A stretch of 64,000 nt of DNA, taken from positions 32,001 to 96,000 of the IMG/VR virus record IMGVR_UViG_3300027969_000001. One strand, 5' to 3'. The DNA comes from a virus. Shown piece after piece: positions 47,291 to 59,400 of this stretch. The notes below the pieces were generated by a model that was not told where the DNA came from, did no database searches, and saw only the letters and a list, made by a program, of their open reading frames with translations. Every line of letters starts with the position of its first letter. The first letter of the stretch is position 1. A program made the position numbers and the translations under genes.

Positions 47291-47457
47291 TTTTTGCCTC
47301 CATCACGAAGTACTTGTATCAATTCAGATAAGGCCCTTTTTGTTCTGGATGCTTTTTCTCCACTTGCTTCATTCATGGCCATGTTTATGCCGAACGAAGA
47401 GATAGCTCTAGTCTCTTCTTCGTATCCTTTTTCGCCAATTTTCTTACTAGGAAGCAT
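47287..47457 (-). CDS. 56-aa protein immediately downstream of the giant gene
   Basis: ATG 1 nt after the giant ORF stop; MLPSKKIGEKGYEEE... Confidence 0.45.
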   Translation of the reverse strand: MLPSKKIGEKGYEEETRAISSFGINMAMNEASGEKASRTKRALSELIQVLRDGGKK

Positions 47458-47458
47458 C

Positions 47459-50400
47459 CTATAATCCCATCGTCTTTAGTTCTTCTACGGTTAATCCAAG
47501 GAACTCTGAAAGCATATCGTAGTGCTCTGCTTTGAGCCTTCTTAGTCCTTCGTTTGCTGGAGCCGTAGCGTAAGCTATTGCTTCCGCTATGTATTCCGCC
47601 CTGTTGGTTGCAGCGTAATCGCTTATTTGCTTAGCTAGTGATGAATCGTATTCTGAAAGCATGTTTACCATTGAGGAAAGTTCGTCTTCAATTTCGGAAC
47701 TACTTCTTCCGGCTTTTAGTTCGTCTTTTGCCCACGAGGTGGCGGCTTTTAGTTCTTTATAGATTCCATCTAAATCTTCTGATTCACGTTTGAATGCAGC
47801 TTTATTTGTCTTTTTAGCCATAGCGTGGATTGCGTGTCCAAGTTCGTGACGTATTACGTACTCTCCGGTAAGGTTTGTCCCCGGAATATAGTCCTTAAGG
47901 ACTTTGTCTGGGAATGCTATGAAGCCATAAGACGGTGTGTATACCCCGCCTCCGGCGTACCAGTTAGTTGGCTCTAGGTCGGATTCAAAAATAAACCCTT
48001 GCTTGAGCCCAAAGTCAGTTAGAAGCATTGGTGGTATGTCAAATCTTCCGAGCATGTTTCTCAATGATGGTGAATTGCTTAGTGTCAATTCAACTTTTTT
48101 CTGAAGTTCTTTTTGTTTATCCCAATTAATTTCTAGTTCTTCAATGAGTTTATTAATTTTTCTAATACTCTTGTTTGAATTCTTTGTGTGCGGAGAACTT
48201 CTCAATATTGATGCAAGCTCTTCAGGGGAAGACGGAACGGCTCTGATTGATAATTCATTTGCAGAATAAGCAACATATTCAGCGTCGCTGCGAGGTTTTG
48301 CTCCTGGACGGCCTTTGCGAAGCCTCCTATTTGACCTGCCGCTACTTAATCGCGTGGATTCAGGAGAGGAATCTCCTGCCTGTTCTCCTCCAGCATTGAG
48401 TATGTAATCTTCATCGAATGCGCCAGGGGTACCGCCGTAGTCTATGTCGTATTCAGAAACCGCAGGTATGCCTAGACGTCTTGATAGCGCTTGAAGTTTT
48501 TCTCCTTCGTCTGGGTTTTCTCCGGTGTAATCATCCCTTACTATGATGTAGGCAATATCGTCTAGCGAAATTCCGCCCTCGCCGGGATGTACCTGTGCTT
48601 CGACTGGATAGTCGAAAGTGTCTTTTTCTCCAGCGTTTCTCAACATCATCATGTTTATATCAGGAGAGTTCATTGCTGACGTTGTTCCCATTAAGCTGAG
48701 GGAGTCTGATTCTGTTACGGTTGTTCTGTCTTCATTTCCTGGCTTGAGGACTAATAGGTAGTTGCCGTACTGCTGACCAGAACCAGCCACTTCTTCAGTT
48801 ACTCCACCATATGCAGCCATTCCATAGATTGGTCTGAATTCTGGAGCCATATCTGGTGGATATCCAAACAGTGTTACTTCCGCTTGCTGTCTAGCTTGAG
48901 GATTGTAATGTCCATTGCTTCTGCCTGTTTCAAACTGACTAAGAAGTTTTTTGTTTTTTATAAGACCGCTTATTGCTTCTTTGTCTACAGCAACGACTAC
49001 GCGATTATAATCCATTGGCCCTGGCTGGAAATAATCTCCACCCATGCCAACGAGTTCTTTTGCGTATTTATCGTATTCGCTTACCAAGTCTTCAACGGTA
49101 CCTCTAACACGCATGTCCGCGGACATTATTATTTTTTTACGTTCATTTTCTAGATACTTAGCGCGTGTTATGTGTATCCCGGCACGAAGAACCAAGCCTT
49201 TGGCAATGGTTTCAGCATCCCATTCCATCATTTGAGGGTCTCTAGATAAAACTATTCCTGTTATTTTGTCAATTGCTGGACCGATGCGTTCACTGAATGG
49301 AGACCTCTCTCTAATACGTGCCCATGGCCCCTTTGAAGTTTCTAGTAGGAATGGGTTAATTTCTTCTCCGTCGAATGCTTTTTTAAAACGAGGGTCATCG
49401 AGTACACCATCAATTAGTTCACCAATAACAGCACCTATTTTAGGGTCTATAGTTTCGTCCAGAAGCCAAGATACTGGTCTTCCTTCTTTTCTTGCGATAG
49501 CAATATCTTCGGTTGGTTCCTTCAGTGACCTTGGATAGGCAGCAACAAGGGCTTTGGCGTGTTCGTTACTTACGTGCTCGGTTAGTCCGGACGAAAGCTT
49601 TTTTCCAGCGTTTTTCCCAACCGATTCTCTTTGTCCGTCAAGAACTTCCGGAGTGGCGGAAGCGGCAAAAGCTCTGCCATCCGGGGATAATGCATCAGAG
49701 TGTTGAAGGTTCTGTTCAGGCCATGTATCCCTGTGAAGGCGCATCATTTCTGATGCTATTCCCGTACGTCTGCGGGTTCTGGCTACGCCAGTCCTTAGGA
49801 TTTCGCTGTGGTCATCCTCGTTCCACTTTATGGTCGTCATCAGTCCTATCGAATTCTTGGAGTCTTCCATTCGCTTTAGGGCATCTAAGACGTTTACTTC
49901 TTCAATAGGAACTGGCCCTTTTTTATCAGTCATCGGATTGAAACCAAGTTTTGTCCAGCTTTCGGAAAGTTTTTGTCTAGCGTCATTTACGCTTCCAGTA
50001 TCATAAGCAGTTATGGTTCCACCAGCATCAAGAACTACCCAGTAGCTAGTTTCGTTTCCATCTTTAGATGTGTGTTCAATATGTCTTGCTGAAACTATGC
50101 CGTAGTAGTTTGCATTCATAACGCTCTCTACTACTTTTTTCTTACCGGACGACATGCGCAGTTCTTGATTTAATTCATCAGGCTGCAGTACTTCTGTTCC
50201 GGAAATGGAGCGAGGTTTTACCAGTGTTGATAAGTCCACTTTCTTGTTGCCCTGTTTATAGTTTTTAATAGCTCTAACAATAAGTGCGGGTGTTATCGCA
50301 TACAGTCTATTCCTGCCTTCATCAAGAGTAACGGAAGAGAATCCAACAAAAGGTCTCTGCATGCCGATTATTTGTTTTTCATAACCAGGTCCAAGCTTGT

Positions 50401-53400
50401 TGGTCCAGTGTTTGTGTTGTTCTCCACCAATAATCCACTGCGTTCCACGCATGGCGTACTGCCATCTTTGCATCATTACACTGTCATGTACTTTTAAGTC
50501 TTTGCCTCTGTTCTCGAAATCCCAATCTCTCGAAAGATTTTCTGCTATGTGTTTAGGGATTATTCGATGCGCGTATCTACCAAAATACCCCCCGGCCAAT
50601 TCTTCTCCAGTCATGAGTGCGCTCAAGAACTGATTGTCCGCTTCCTCGAGGGCCTTGATGACAGACTTTACATCGACTTGTTCATTCTCAAGTCCTGCAA
50701 TTCTTTTATGTGCTTCCGATATGAAGTGAGCAACATCCCACCCTCTAGCAGCGAGGTCTATTACTTGGTCTGGACTATTCTGACGAAATTCTTGAGATAG
50801 GTTACTAGACAACAATCCAAGTGAATTTCTGTTGTAGTTCCCAGCGTGTATTGTCCCATCAGTAGAAGCTGATTCAATAAACTTTTTTAATTCTTCAATT
50901 TGTTTTTCTATTTGATTATTTCTAGCTTTTACATCAGCGACGTTGATATTGTTAAGAGCTTTTGTGTCAGCAGAAGCAACATTAAAACCGTCAGAACCAA
51001 CAGTTTTTTTAGGGTTAAGGACTCCGCCATCAAGTTCTGATGAGCCTTGATGTATTAAGAATTTTTCTCCATCTGAAGCGCCATTACCGAATAGTTCCCA
51101 GTATTTATCTCTATCATTTTGTTTGAGTTCTAATATCTCTCGTGTTTCTTTAAGTAGGTCATCGTACTCTTCTGGAGTTATATCTTCTAGGTCAAGTACG
51201 TTTTGTTCAATTCTTATCTTCTTGCTATCATGTTTATATTGCAGCAAGGCTACTTCTTCTTTTAAAAGTCTTGACTTTTCATTAATATCGTCTTCAAATT
51301 TCTTAATCCAGTTTTTAACAAAAGAATCACGTTCGGGTTCCTTGTCGCTTCCCGGATATCTAGTCCACGACTCATGTCTTGCAGTAAACGCATCTTCAGC
51401 TCGAGTCACTATGTCTGCTTTTAGTAAGTTTTTTGCTTGAGCTTCCGATGAATGTATGGTCGGAGCATTCATGTTTTTATCTGAAGCAACCACAACGTCA
51501 AAGTCTCCGCCAAGCCAGTCGCCAGTTTTATTATAATGCTCCAAGGCCTGAGTAAATCTTCTCATATAGGAAGATTGTTCGTCTAGTTTTTCTTTCTCGT
51601 AAGAAGTATTAAATCGGGTATCAGCTTTGTACGGAGTTGGTTTTTCCAATACGTCTGTTTCTCCAGATGAAAGCTTCTTGGCCTCGATTTGTTTAGCCAT
51701 TGAGTCTCTATCAACGTCAACTAATTTTGTAGCAAGTGACTCTCCGTCTGCGCTGTATCGTGTTGCTTCATCAACTCTGAAAACCATCGCCTGCATCGGT
51801 CGGCCTAGTATTACTGTTTCATCTTCTTCTAGACACCCAAAGCCAGTAAATGGAGTAGAAAAAATATCTTTAATTGGCACAAAAGCCTTTATGACGTATC
51901 CACTTTGGTCATTACCTGGTCTTCTACTGAACGACCTGGCTGTAGCTTCATTGATTGACCAAGACGAAAGTGGCCTCATACGTACTTCACGTATATCCAT
52001 ATCGCCTATGGCTATTGGTTCTCCAAACGCATTTTCACCAGCAGTAATTCCTCTGTATACAGCAAGATGTGTTATCCCTCTGTCTTCGAAATACTGCTGC
52101 GTTGCTTCATGAGATGTTTGCAGGAATTCTCCAACAAATTTTCTTTGCATTTCGCTCAGGACTGGAGCACCATCGAAGTCTTCCATAATCTGTCCTGGGC
52201 CAGGGGATGCAACAACTCTGTCCATCCTATATTGATTTCCTCGGTCCCAACCAACAGCACCGTCTACGGAGAACAGTTCTCTGGCTACGTTCTGCATTGA
52301 TAACGCAACGTCGTTGGAGTCGTTTGCTGATATAGCCCATGTATGAACCAATCCTGATATTAACGCCTGCTTCAGAACCCCTTGCCCTTCTGGGGTATTG
52401 GCGTCAAACTCTACAAGACCACGGCTTTTCAACAATTCTTCAGGACTAGGTATTACTTTTTTAATATTTTGTATAGTTAGTTCTTTTAATACTTCTAGGT
52501 CTTTTGCGTCGTCCGGCGTATTTTTGTCAATTTTGGCGACCATCAATTCAGACAAGTCTTTGTAATCAGTACCTTTCTTTATTCCGTAGCCTTTTTGCAG
52601 TATCTGTTCCCAGTCATCCGGACTATTCATAAGAGAATATGAATCTATTGATATTAAGGTTCCGTCTTTTAGCCTGTATATGCCCAGGTAGTCATTTTCG
52701 GGATTGCCTTCTCTTCTTTGACGTGTTTCCCTATTCCCCCACATGTCAAAGTAATACAACTGAGTTTTTATTGCAGTTATATGGTCTCCGGACCAGCGGC
52801 GCATTTCAGTTGGACCTATGGAGCCTATTGAATAATCATCCATGGTTTTTTCATACATGTCCCACATGCTTGATTTATCAAAAAGCTCACCAGCAGTCAG
52901 TGATTCAAGTTTAGGAATAAAAGATTCGTTCCATATTTTGAGAACGCGCTGTTCTACACTGAAATCTATTCCCGAAGCTACCGAGCCTTTTTTGGGATTG
53001 TAAAAAAACTTACTTCCATCGCGCACTCCTTCGAGTGTTCTGTTAAGGATGAGTGATACGTCTCTAAAATTCTCGTCATCAGCAAAACCAACTCCGCTTC
53101 CAGGCATTGAAGTCTGAAACATTTTTACAAAATCTTGAGGAGTAAAATCCATAGATTCTGCTATTTTTTTAGAAATCTCTCTTTTAATTTTTGGAGCAGC
53201 AAGACTAGAATCAATATCGTATGTTCCAGGAATAGAAACCGCATCGTCAATAAACATCTGCAAGACGTCTTTTTCGTCAGCAGGTTTTGTTGGCGAGTAA
53301 GGCTTACGAGTTGTCGGTATTGGAACAAACTTGGCAATCTGTGCTTTTTTCCACTGCGTATCTCTTGATTGAGGAATAGAAGTTTCCGTTATTCTAGAAC

Positions 53401-56400
53401 GGCGCAAACCTTCTATTTCCGAAAGAGCACTTTCTAGTCTTCCGCGACGTTCGTCTCTTACTCCAGGGGAACGCCCAGATGAAAGAATCCGACCAGCCCT
53501 GTCGCCATCACGCCATGGCTGATAGGTGTCGTTTCCGCCAAGCAAGGTTGTTACAGCTTTCTTCAAGGAAGGACTAATCATTTCATTTTGTATTTTTTCG
53601 TCTGGATGCAGTACGGCGACAATGCCCTCAGCCATGGTTTCTGCCATGTTGACGTTTCCGTATGAAGTGAGCAAACGAGGAACGTCTGGAGTTTCAGAAA
53701 ACGGAACATCGTTTTCAAACATTGTTATTCTGTCTTGGTCATATGTAAATTTATTAAATTCAGAAGCAACAGCAAGTGCACGAGCATAGTTTGTGTTGCC
53801 CTTGTCTTTGCTGCCGTATCTTTGACGTGTATGAATTGTTGTCTTTGGTCCGCCCTCAGAGTCAGCTATGGCCTTGAAGTGCAGCCAGTGACCCCATTCG
53901 TGAAGCAGCGTTCCTGCAAGGGAGTTTTCTATTGACTTCTGTCCTTTTACTGGGGACTGACCATTCCATCGAAGAGTGCTTTTGGTTACTGACGGTATTG
54001 AGTCATCCAATGCTTCAAGAAACACCTCTTTGTTGAGATAGACGGTGTCCATGTTTGGACTCATTCTTCCTCTTGCCCTAACCGGCTTACCGTCGTTGCG
54101 TTGCTTTGCAATCGCTGCAAATTTCTCGCGCACTTCTGGTATTGCTTCATAGGCTGCTATGCCTTCTGGGTCCATGAAGGAGAAAGAAGGAGCTCCGTGG
54201 TTTTCAAAAGCCCACTTCATTTGTGGGTTATCTTCAATGGATTGTGCCAGGAGTTCTTGCATGGCTTTTACGTTGTCTGGTGAGAAGTCCGGGGTATCCC
54301 AAGGGTTTTTTTGATGAAAATCATCATAGTATTTCTGAAATTTTAATCTAGTAGCAGGGTCTACAACATCAGCGCCAGCGTAGTCGTCGAGCCACATTTG
54401 AAAATGTTCTTCACGATTTGAAGGAACCAAAACCTTAGCCATTTGTTCAGAGCTGAGACCTCTTAGCCATGTATTTGTAGTCTTTCTTATCTCGCCGCCA
54501 AGCACGCTCTTGTCGCCGTACTTGTAATCCTTGGCTCTGTGTTCTCTTAGAAGTTCGCGCTCGTTGCGACCAATTTCTATTATTGGTCTTTGGGGGGAAT
54601 CTGGTCTAATTTGTATAGACGGACGTTCCTGCCCTGAAGCAAGTGAGGGTCTGCTGCTCTTTCCCAAAATATCGTGCGCAAGAGCTAATTCAATATCTTC
54701 TTCGTTGGCTTCATAAATTGGCTTGCTTCCAGAAGACAGTCGTCCACTAGTAGATGCTGTATCAAGCTTCTTAATAACTGAATTAAAATCACCAGCATAT
54801 ATACGCGTTTCGGAGTCAGATACGCCTTCAATATCGAATACGGTTCTTGGTCGATTACGGTAGCCCATTGTTTCGTTCATATTTAGGTCGGACTCGTCAA
54901 GTCTGCCAACCCTGAGCATTCGTTCGGCGGAGTACATCATGTAATGAAGATGCTTAACGACCATTTTTTCTTGAGGCGTTAGAGGTGAGTCTGGGTGGTC
55001 CGCAAGGGACATCATGGCAAGGTCGTTTGCCCATTCTCCATGGCGGTCAAAAGCTCTACCGGTTCCGAGATGTCCGAATAGGTCATGGGTGTCTTGAAGT
55101 GCCTTGCCATAGAGTCCCATATTGAATTTATGCGGGTCAGTTATTCCACCTATGTAGCCACGAAGATATGTATCCGTGCTGTGGCTGATTCTTGAACCTG
55201 GAAGAAAAAGCTCCTCGTCACCCATTAGTTCGCCCGCACGGCGCGTAAGTTCCCTAACAAACTTGCTATGTTTTTTCCACGCTTCAAGATACGGTTCCGG
55301 CAATGTATCTTGAGTTAATGCTGGCAAACCAATACTGTCGCTCCTGATGACAAATCCTTTTGGAGCCAACATTTCCAACAGGGGGAATCTTTCCCTCGCC
55401 TCGTCGTTTTCAAATTCTAAAGTAGAAGCGTCGTTTTTGTATATTTTTCTTGCAATAATGTTTCCGTCGGAATCTTTCCATACGGAACCATTGAAAACAA
55501 CCGTATCTTTCATTGCTTCATCAAGTATTGAAATAACGTCATCACGCTTAGGCAACTCGACGGTACGCCAGTCTCGTTTGTCCGGTATCTGTTCTGCCAA
55601 TTGAGGTATCGGGTCAGCGGAAACAAACGGAATTCCGTCTGAAGAAATATCAATCGATATTGATTCAAGTAGCTGTTTTCCGGTTTCGGAAAACGCATTG
55701 TCCACTTCAACGTCAAGTAGTGTTTTCCCAGCAATTTCTTTGGTCAAGCCGGGAATAGCATCTTCAATAGAATATTTCTGTTGTTTTGTTAGTTCTTTTC
55801 CTGTCGTTTCTTCTATTTTTTTAATTATTCTCTCGGCAACTTTTTTACCCGTTAAAGACTCTCTAGTTAGTCCTATGTCGGCAGCTTCTTGCTGGGTTAC
55901 TTCTGTGGGTTCATTAAATGCTTCAACTACATTTGCGCCAGAAGAGAGTCTTGTGCTTTCCCCTTCGTTGCGATTTGAGTATATTTTTTCATCAGAAAAT
56001 CTTTCGTCTTTCTTTATCTCGTCTATAGCCCTATACATAGCATCAAGAAGAGACATTCCTTCTGCTTTGTATATTTCTCGCAAGCGGGCCATCTCTTCCG
56101 ATTTTTGACGACTCAATTCTGCGTCAAAATCCATAAGAACATAAGACAGTCCGCTACCGTCTGGATTATGTTCAAGTTTGAATGCTCTGTTTTTAAGCTT
56201 GTTTGATTCTTCGAGGCCTTCTAAGACTTTTTTTACTTTATTAACAGCCTTTGTCTGGCCTTCAGTACCCTTTCCTATTTTTCCAATCAATGCGTCTAGG
56301 GAGTTATATGCAAGTTCGTCGTCGTATACTTCTATTACAGCTTTTTTGGTTTTCTCGCCGTTTTTGTAAACTGGGCTATACAGGTACCCATATCGTTTTA

Positions 56401-59400
56401 TGTGCTCTAGCTTTAGTTCTTCTTTATAGGCTTCATCTTCTTTGAAACGTTTTCTTCTGACATTTAGTATTTCAAGTGCTTTTGCCCAAGTATCAACATC
56501 TGGTCCGAATGCTTCATTTAGTGCTCTAATTTGTGCTTCTTTGTCTATTTGTCCAAAACCATCTTCGGCAGGCTCAAGTCTGTTGTATCGCTTGTATTTT
56601 TCGTAAAGTTCCCAATACTTGAATTTCTCCTGCTCAGGGTTGGCAAATTCGAGTGTTTGGTCGAAACTGTCATCATGATTTCCACCTCTGGCTACGGTAA
56701 AACGAGTTGATTCTCTGCCAGAAGAAAGTCTTGTGCTTCCCTCTTCTTTCTGGGCTGCAACAAAAGACTCTTTGTCTGATTCAAATTTTTTTACATCGGC
56801 GTCAAACTTTTCGCGCTCAAGTCTTAGTTTTTCATCGCGGCGCTTTCTGCTAAGTACAGAAGTGTCCCAGTTGTTTTCTATAGCACCATCAATTATCTTT
56901 TGCATTACCTGACTGGTTGCGAAGGCATCAGCGTCTGCGTTGTGATGTCCGTCGCCAAGTTCCACGCCGAGGTATTCGGTAATGGCGGCAAGGCTGCTGG
57001 ATGGTTTGGTTGTCCCGTCTCTACTACTTACGATATGTGGGCCATCTGGGCTATCTTCGCTCCATACCGGAAGGGTAAGAGAACTTATTTCGCGAGTATC
57101 TAAATAACCGCGTGGTGTCCAATCGATACCGCTTTCACGTAAAGCATCATCAAGAACGTTCTTGTCGAAAGTTGCGTTCTGAACGCCGATGATTGCGTCT
57201 GGGCCAATAAACTCAGCAACCTGTCTATGCGCTTCAGCCATGGGCATTTGCGTGGCAAGCCATTCATTGGTAATCGGATTACCGTCTGCGTCTTTAAGAT
57301 TTGCTAAAGACCATTCTCCTAGTGGTTCTTCTGGGTTCATAAACAGATTTAATCTGCCTATTTCTTCCCCATTTTTCATGCGAACTAGGCCAATTTGTGT
57401 TGGTTTTCCGTTGGTTGTGGCTTTACCAAACTCGTCAAAATTCAGGCCGGTTGTCTCATAGTCGAGAAATACAATTTCGGCATCGTTGTATTTCTTCTTG
57501 AACTCTTCCCATGAATTAGAGTCGCCAAAGTATGAATCTGCTTCACCAAGGAAAGCTCCAAGCGTTGGTTCGCGTGGATATCGTGGAGCCTTGCCGCTAG
57601 ATAGGCGGTCTCCCATCTGTTCCTCAAGCTGGTTAAATGCTTGAGAATCGTCAACTTCAGGAGCCCGTGAGGTTTTAACTGACAGAACCCTGGCAAGTTC
57701 TTCCTTGAGCACATCTCTCTTCCAAACATCTTTATCTTCTTCGCTCTTGCCACTAGGACCACGGTATTCAAATATAACAGGGAGTTTTTCGGACTTGACC
57801 AGAACTCTTAGCCATGCTTCATATGGCGTAGTTGATTTATCTGGGATTATTTCTTCTTTAGACAACCCCTTATCCCCGAAGTTTTTGTCAAACCACACAT
57901 CTGTCATTGCTGGGTTAAACATCTCAACATCGTCAGTTTTAAATACTCCGCCCCTAATGTTAGGAACTACCTCTATGCCATACTCTCGCATTAGTTCATC
58001 ACGTGATTGCGCCATATCAATCAGGAGACTCACATTGCTTTCGTTATTCTCGTTGTAGTCCTTGCTAAGTTCTCCCAACTCTTTTCTAAACTCTTTTGGT
58101 GTAGCAATTATTGCTTGAACTTCTTCAGGCTTGAATCTTCCAAGAACTAATGCTTCTTTGTAACTTGCTGATATGCCATTGTCGGAACTAGCCTCAAATG
58201 CTCCGGATGGTGTTGGGTAAGTGTCGCCAGTCTTGTAGTCATAAAGTATGCCAAGTGGACTAAAACTACTAAGAAACACTCCATCTTCACCCAGTGAACT
58301 GAGTTGAAGAGGCGCATTGTCTTTCATTGACATATCAACTGTGTCTGCATCAAAAACCCTAGTGCGCTCTGCAACTTCTGGTCGTAGCACAAAATGTGAA
58401 TCGCCGTACTTTTGTGTTCTGTTCTGCGAAGCCTCTAGTGCTGCTCCTGCAGGACCTTCGTACATAAGTTTAATGTCGTCTCCGTATATTTTTTTAAACT
58501 TTTCTTCTCGTGCTAATGCTGTTTTTGAAGTAGTAACATAGCCCGATGATGGTCTAAGTTCTCTTACTTCTGGAGGGTCTTCCACCCCTTCTTCAAACGG
58601 TAAACCTAATAGATTGCCTTCAACCTTTCGTCTGGCACTGGTAGTAATAGCATCGCCTATTAGGTTCATAGACTCAATATCAGCTGCTTCTCTTTCTTCT
58701 TTGTCATGTTGAGTGAGTATGGTGCGATTGCCCTTAATAAACGAGGCAATGCTTCTTGTCCTTACGAGCACCCGTGTGTCGATAGATTTACCATACGCTT
58801 CAGACGCCTTCCTCATGTCTGCATTCAACTGTTCTGGGGTGGCTGTTTTTAGATAAGTTTTAAACTCGTCAATTTTTGCAACCATTTCAGTATCGCCCCT
58901 AGCGATATGTATCTGTCTTGATATTTCTAATGCTACGCTCGGAGGAATAGGGTCTCCTTTTGCCCATACTCCAGACTCACGAAGTCTTGCTTGTATGGGG
59001 AAAAACGCTGCCTCGGCATCCCTGCCGGTCATCTCCGAAGTAAAAAACTTTCCTTCTGCTACTACTTCGTTTATGTAATCAATAGCCTCTTGCGGAAGAA
59101 TTGTATCTTTTTTAAAGTAATAGTCAATTTGACGCTTGGCGGACTCTGCTGTTTCTTTTATTCTTGTATCGAGTTTTTCTTTGCTTACTTTTTCTTCAAA
59201 GTTCGTGCCGTAACCGAGTCGTTCTTTCAAGGCTCTTAGTTTCCCAAATATTTCCTGCGTATAAGCTGCGGATATATCGGCATTATTTATTTCGGTACCA
59301 CTAGAAAGTTTTTTGGTTACTTCTGGGTCGTAGCCCCATTCAAGCCAAGAGTCGCCGGCTGTATAAATATCCTTAGCCTTGACTCGCTTCTTTATGATTT

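Noticed and set aside
57900-58600. RPSSG at ~58545 as another linker
   Set aside because: It aligns with the RPIYG motif of the DUF3626-like domain, so it is inside a domain.
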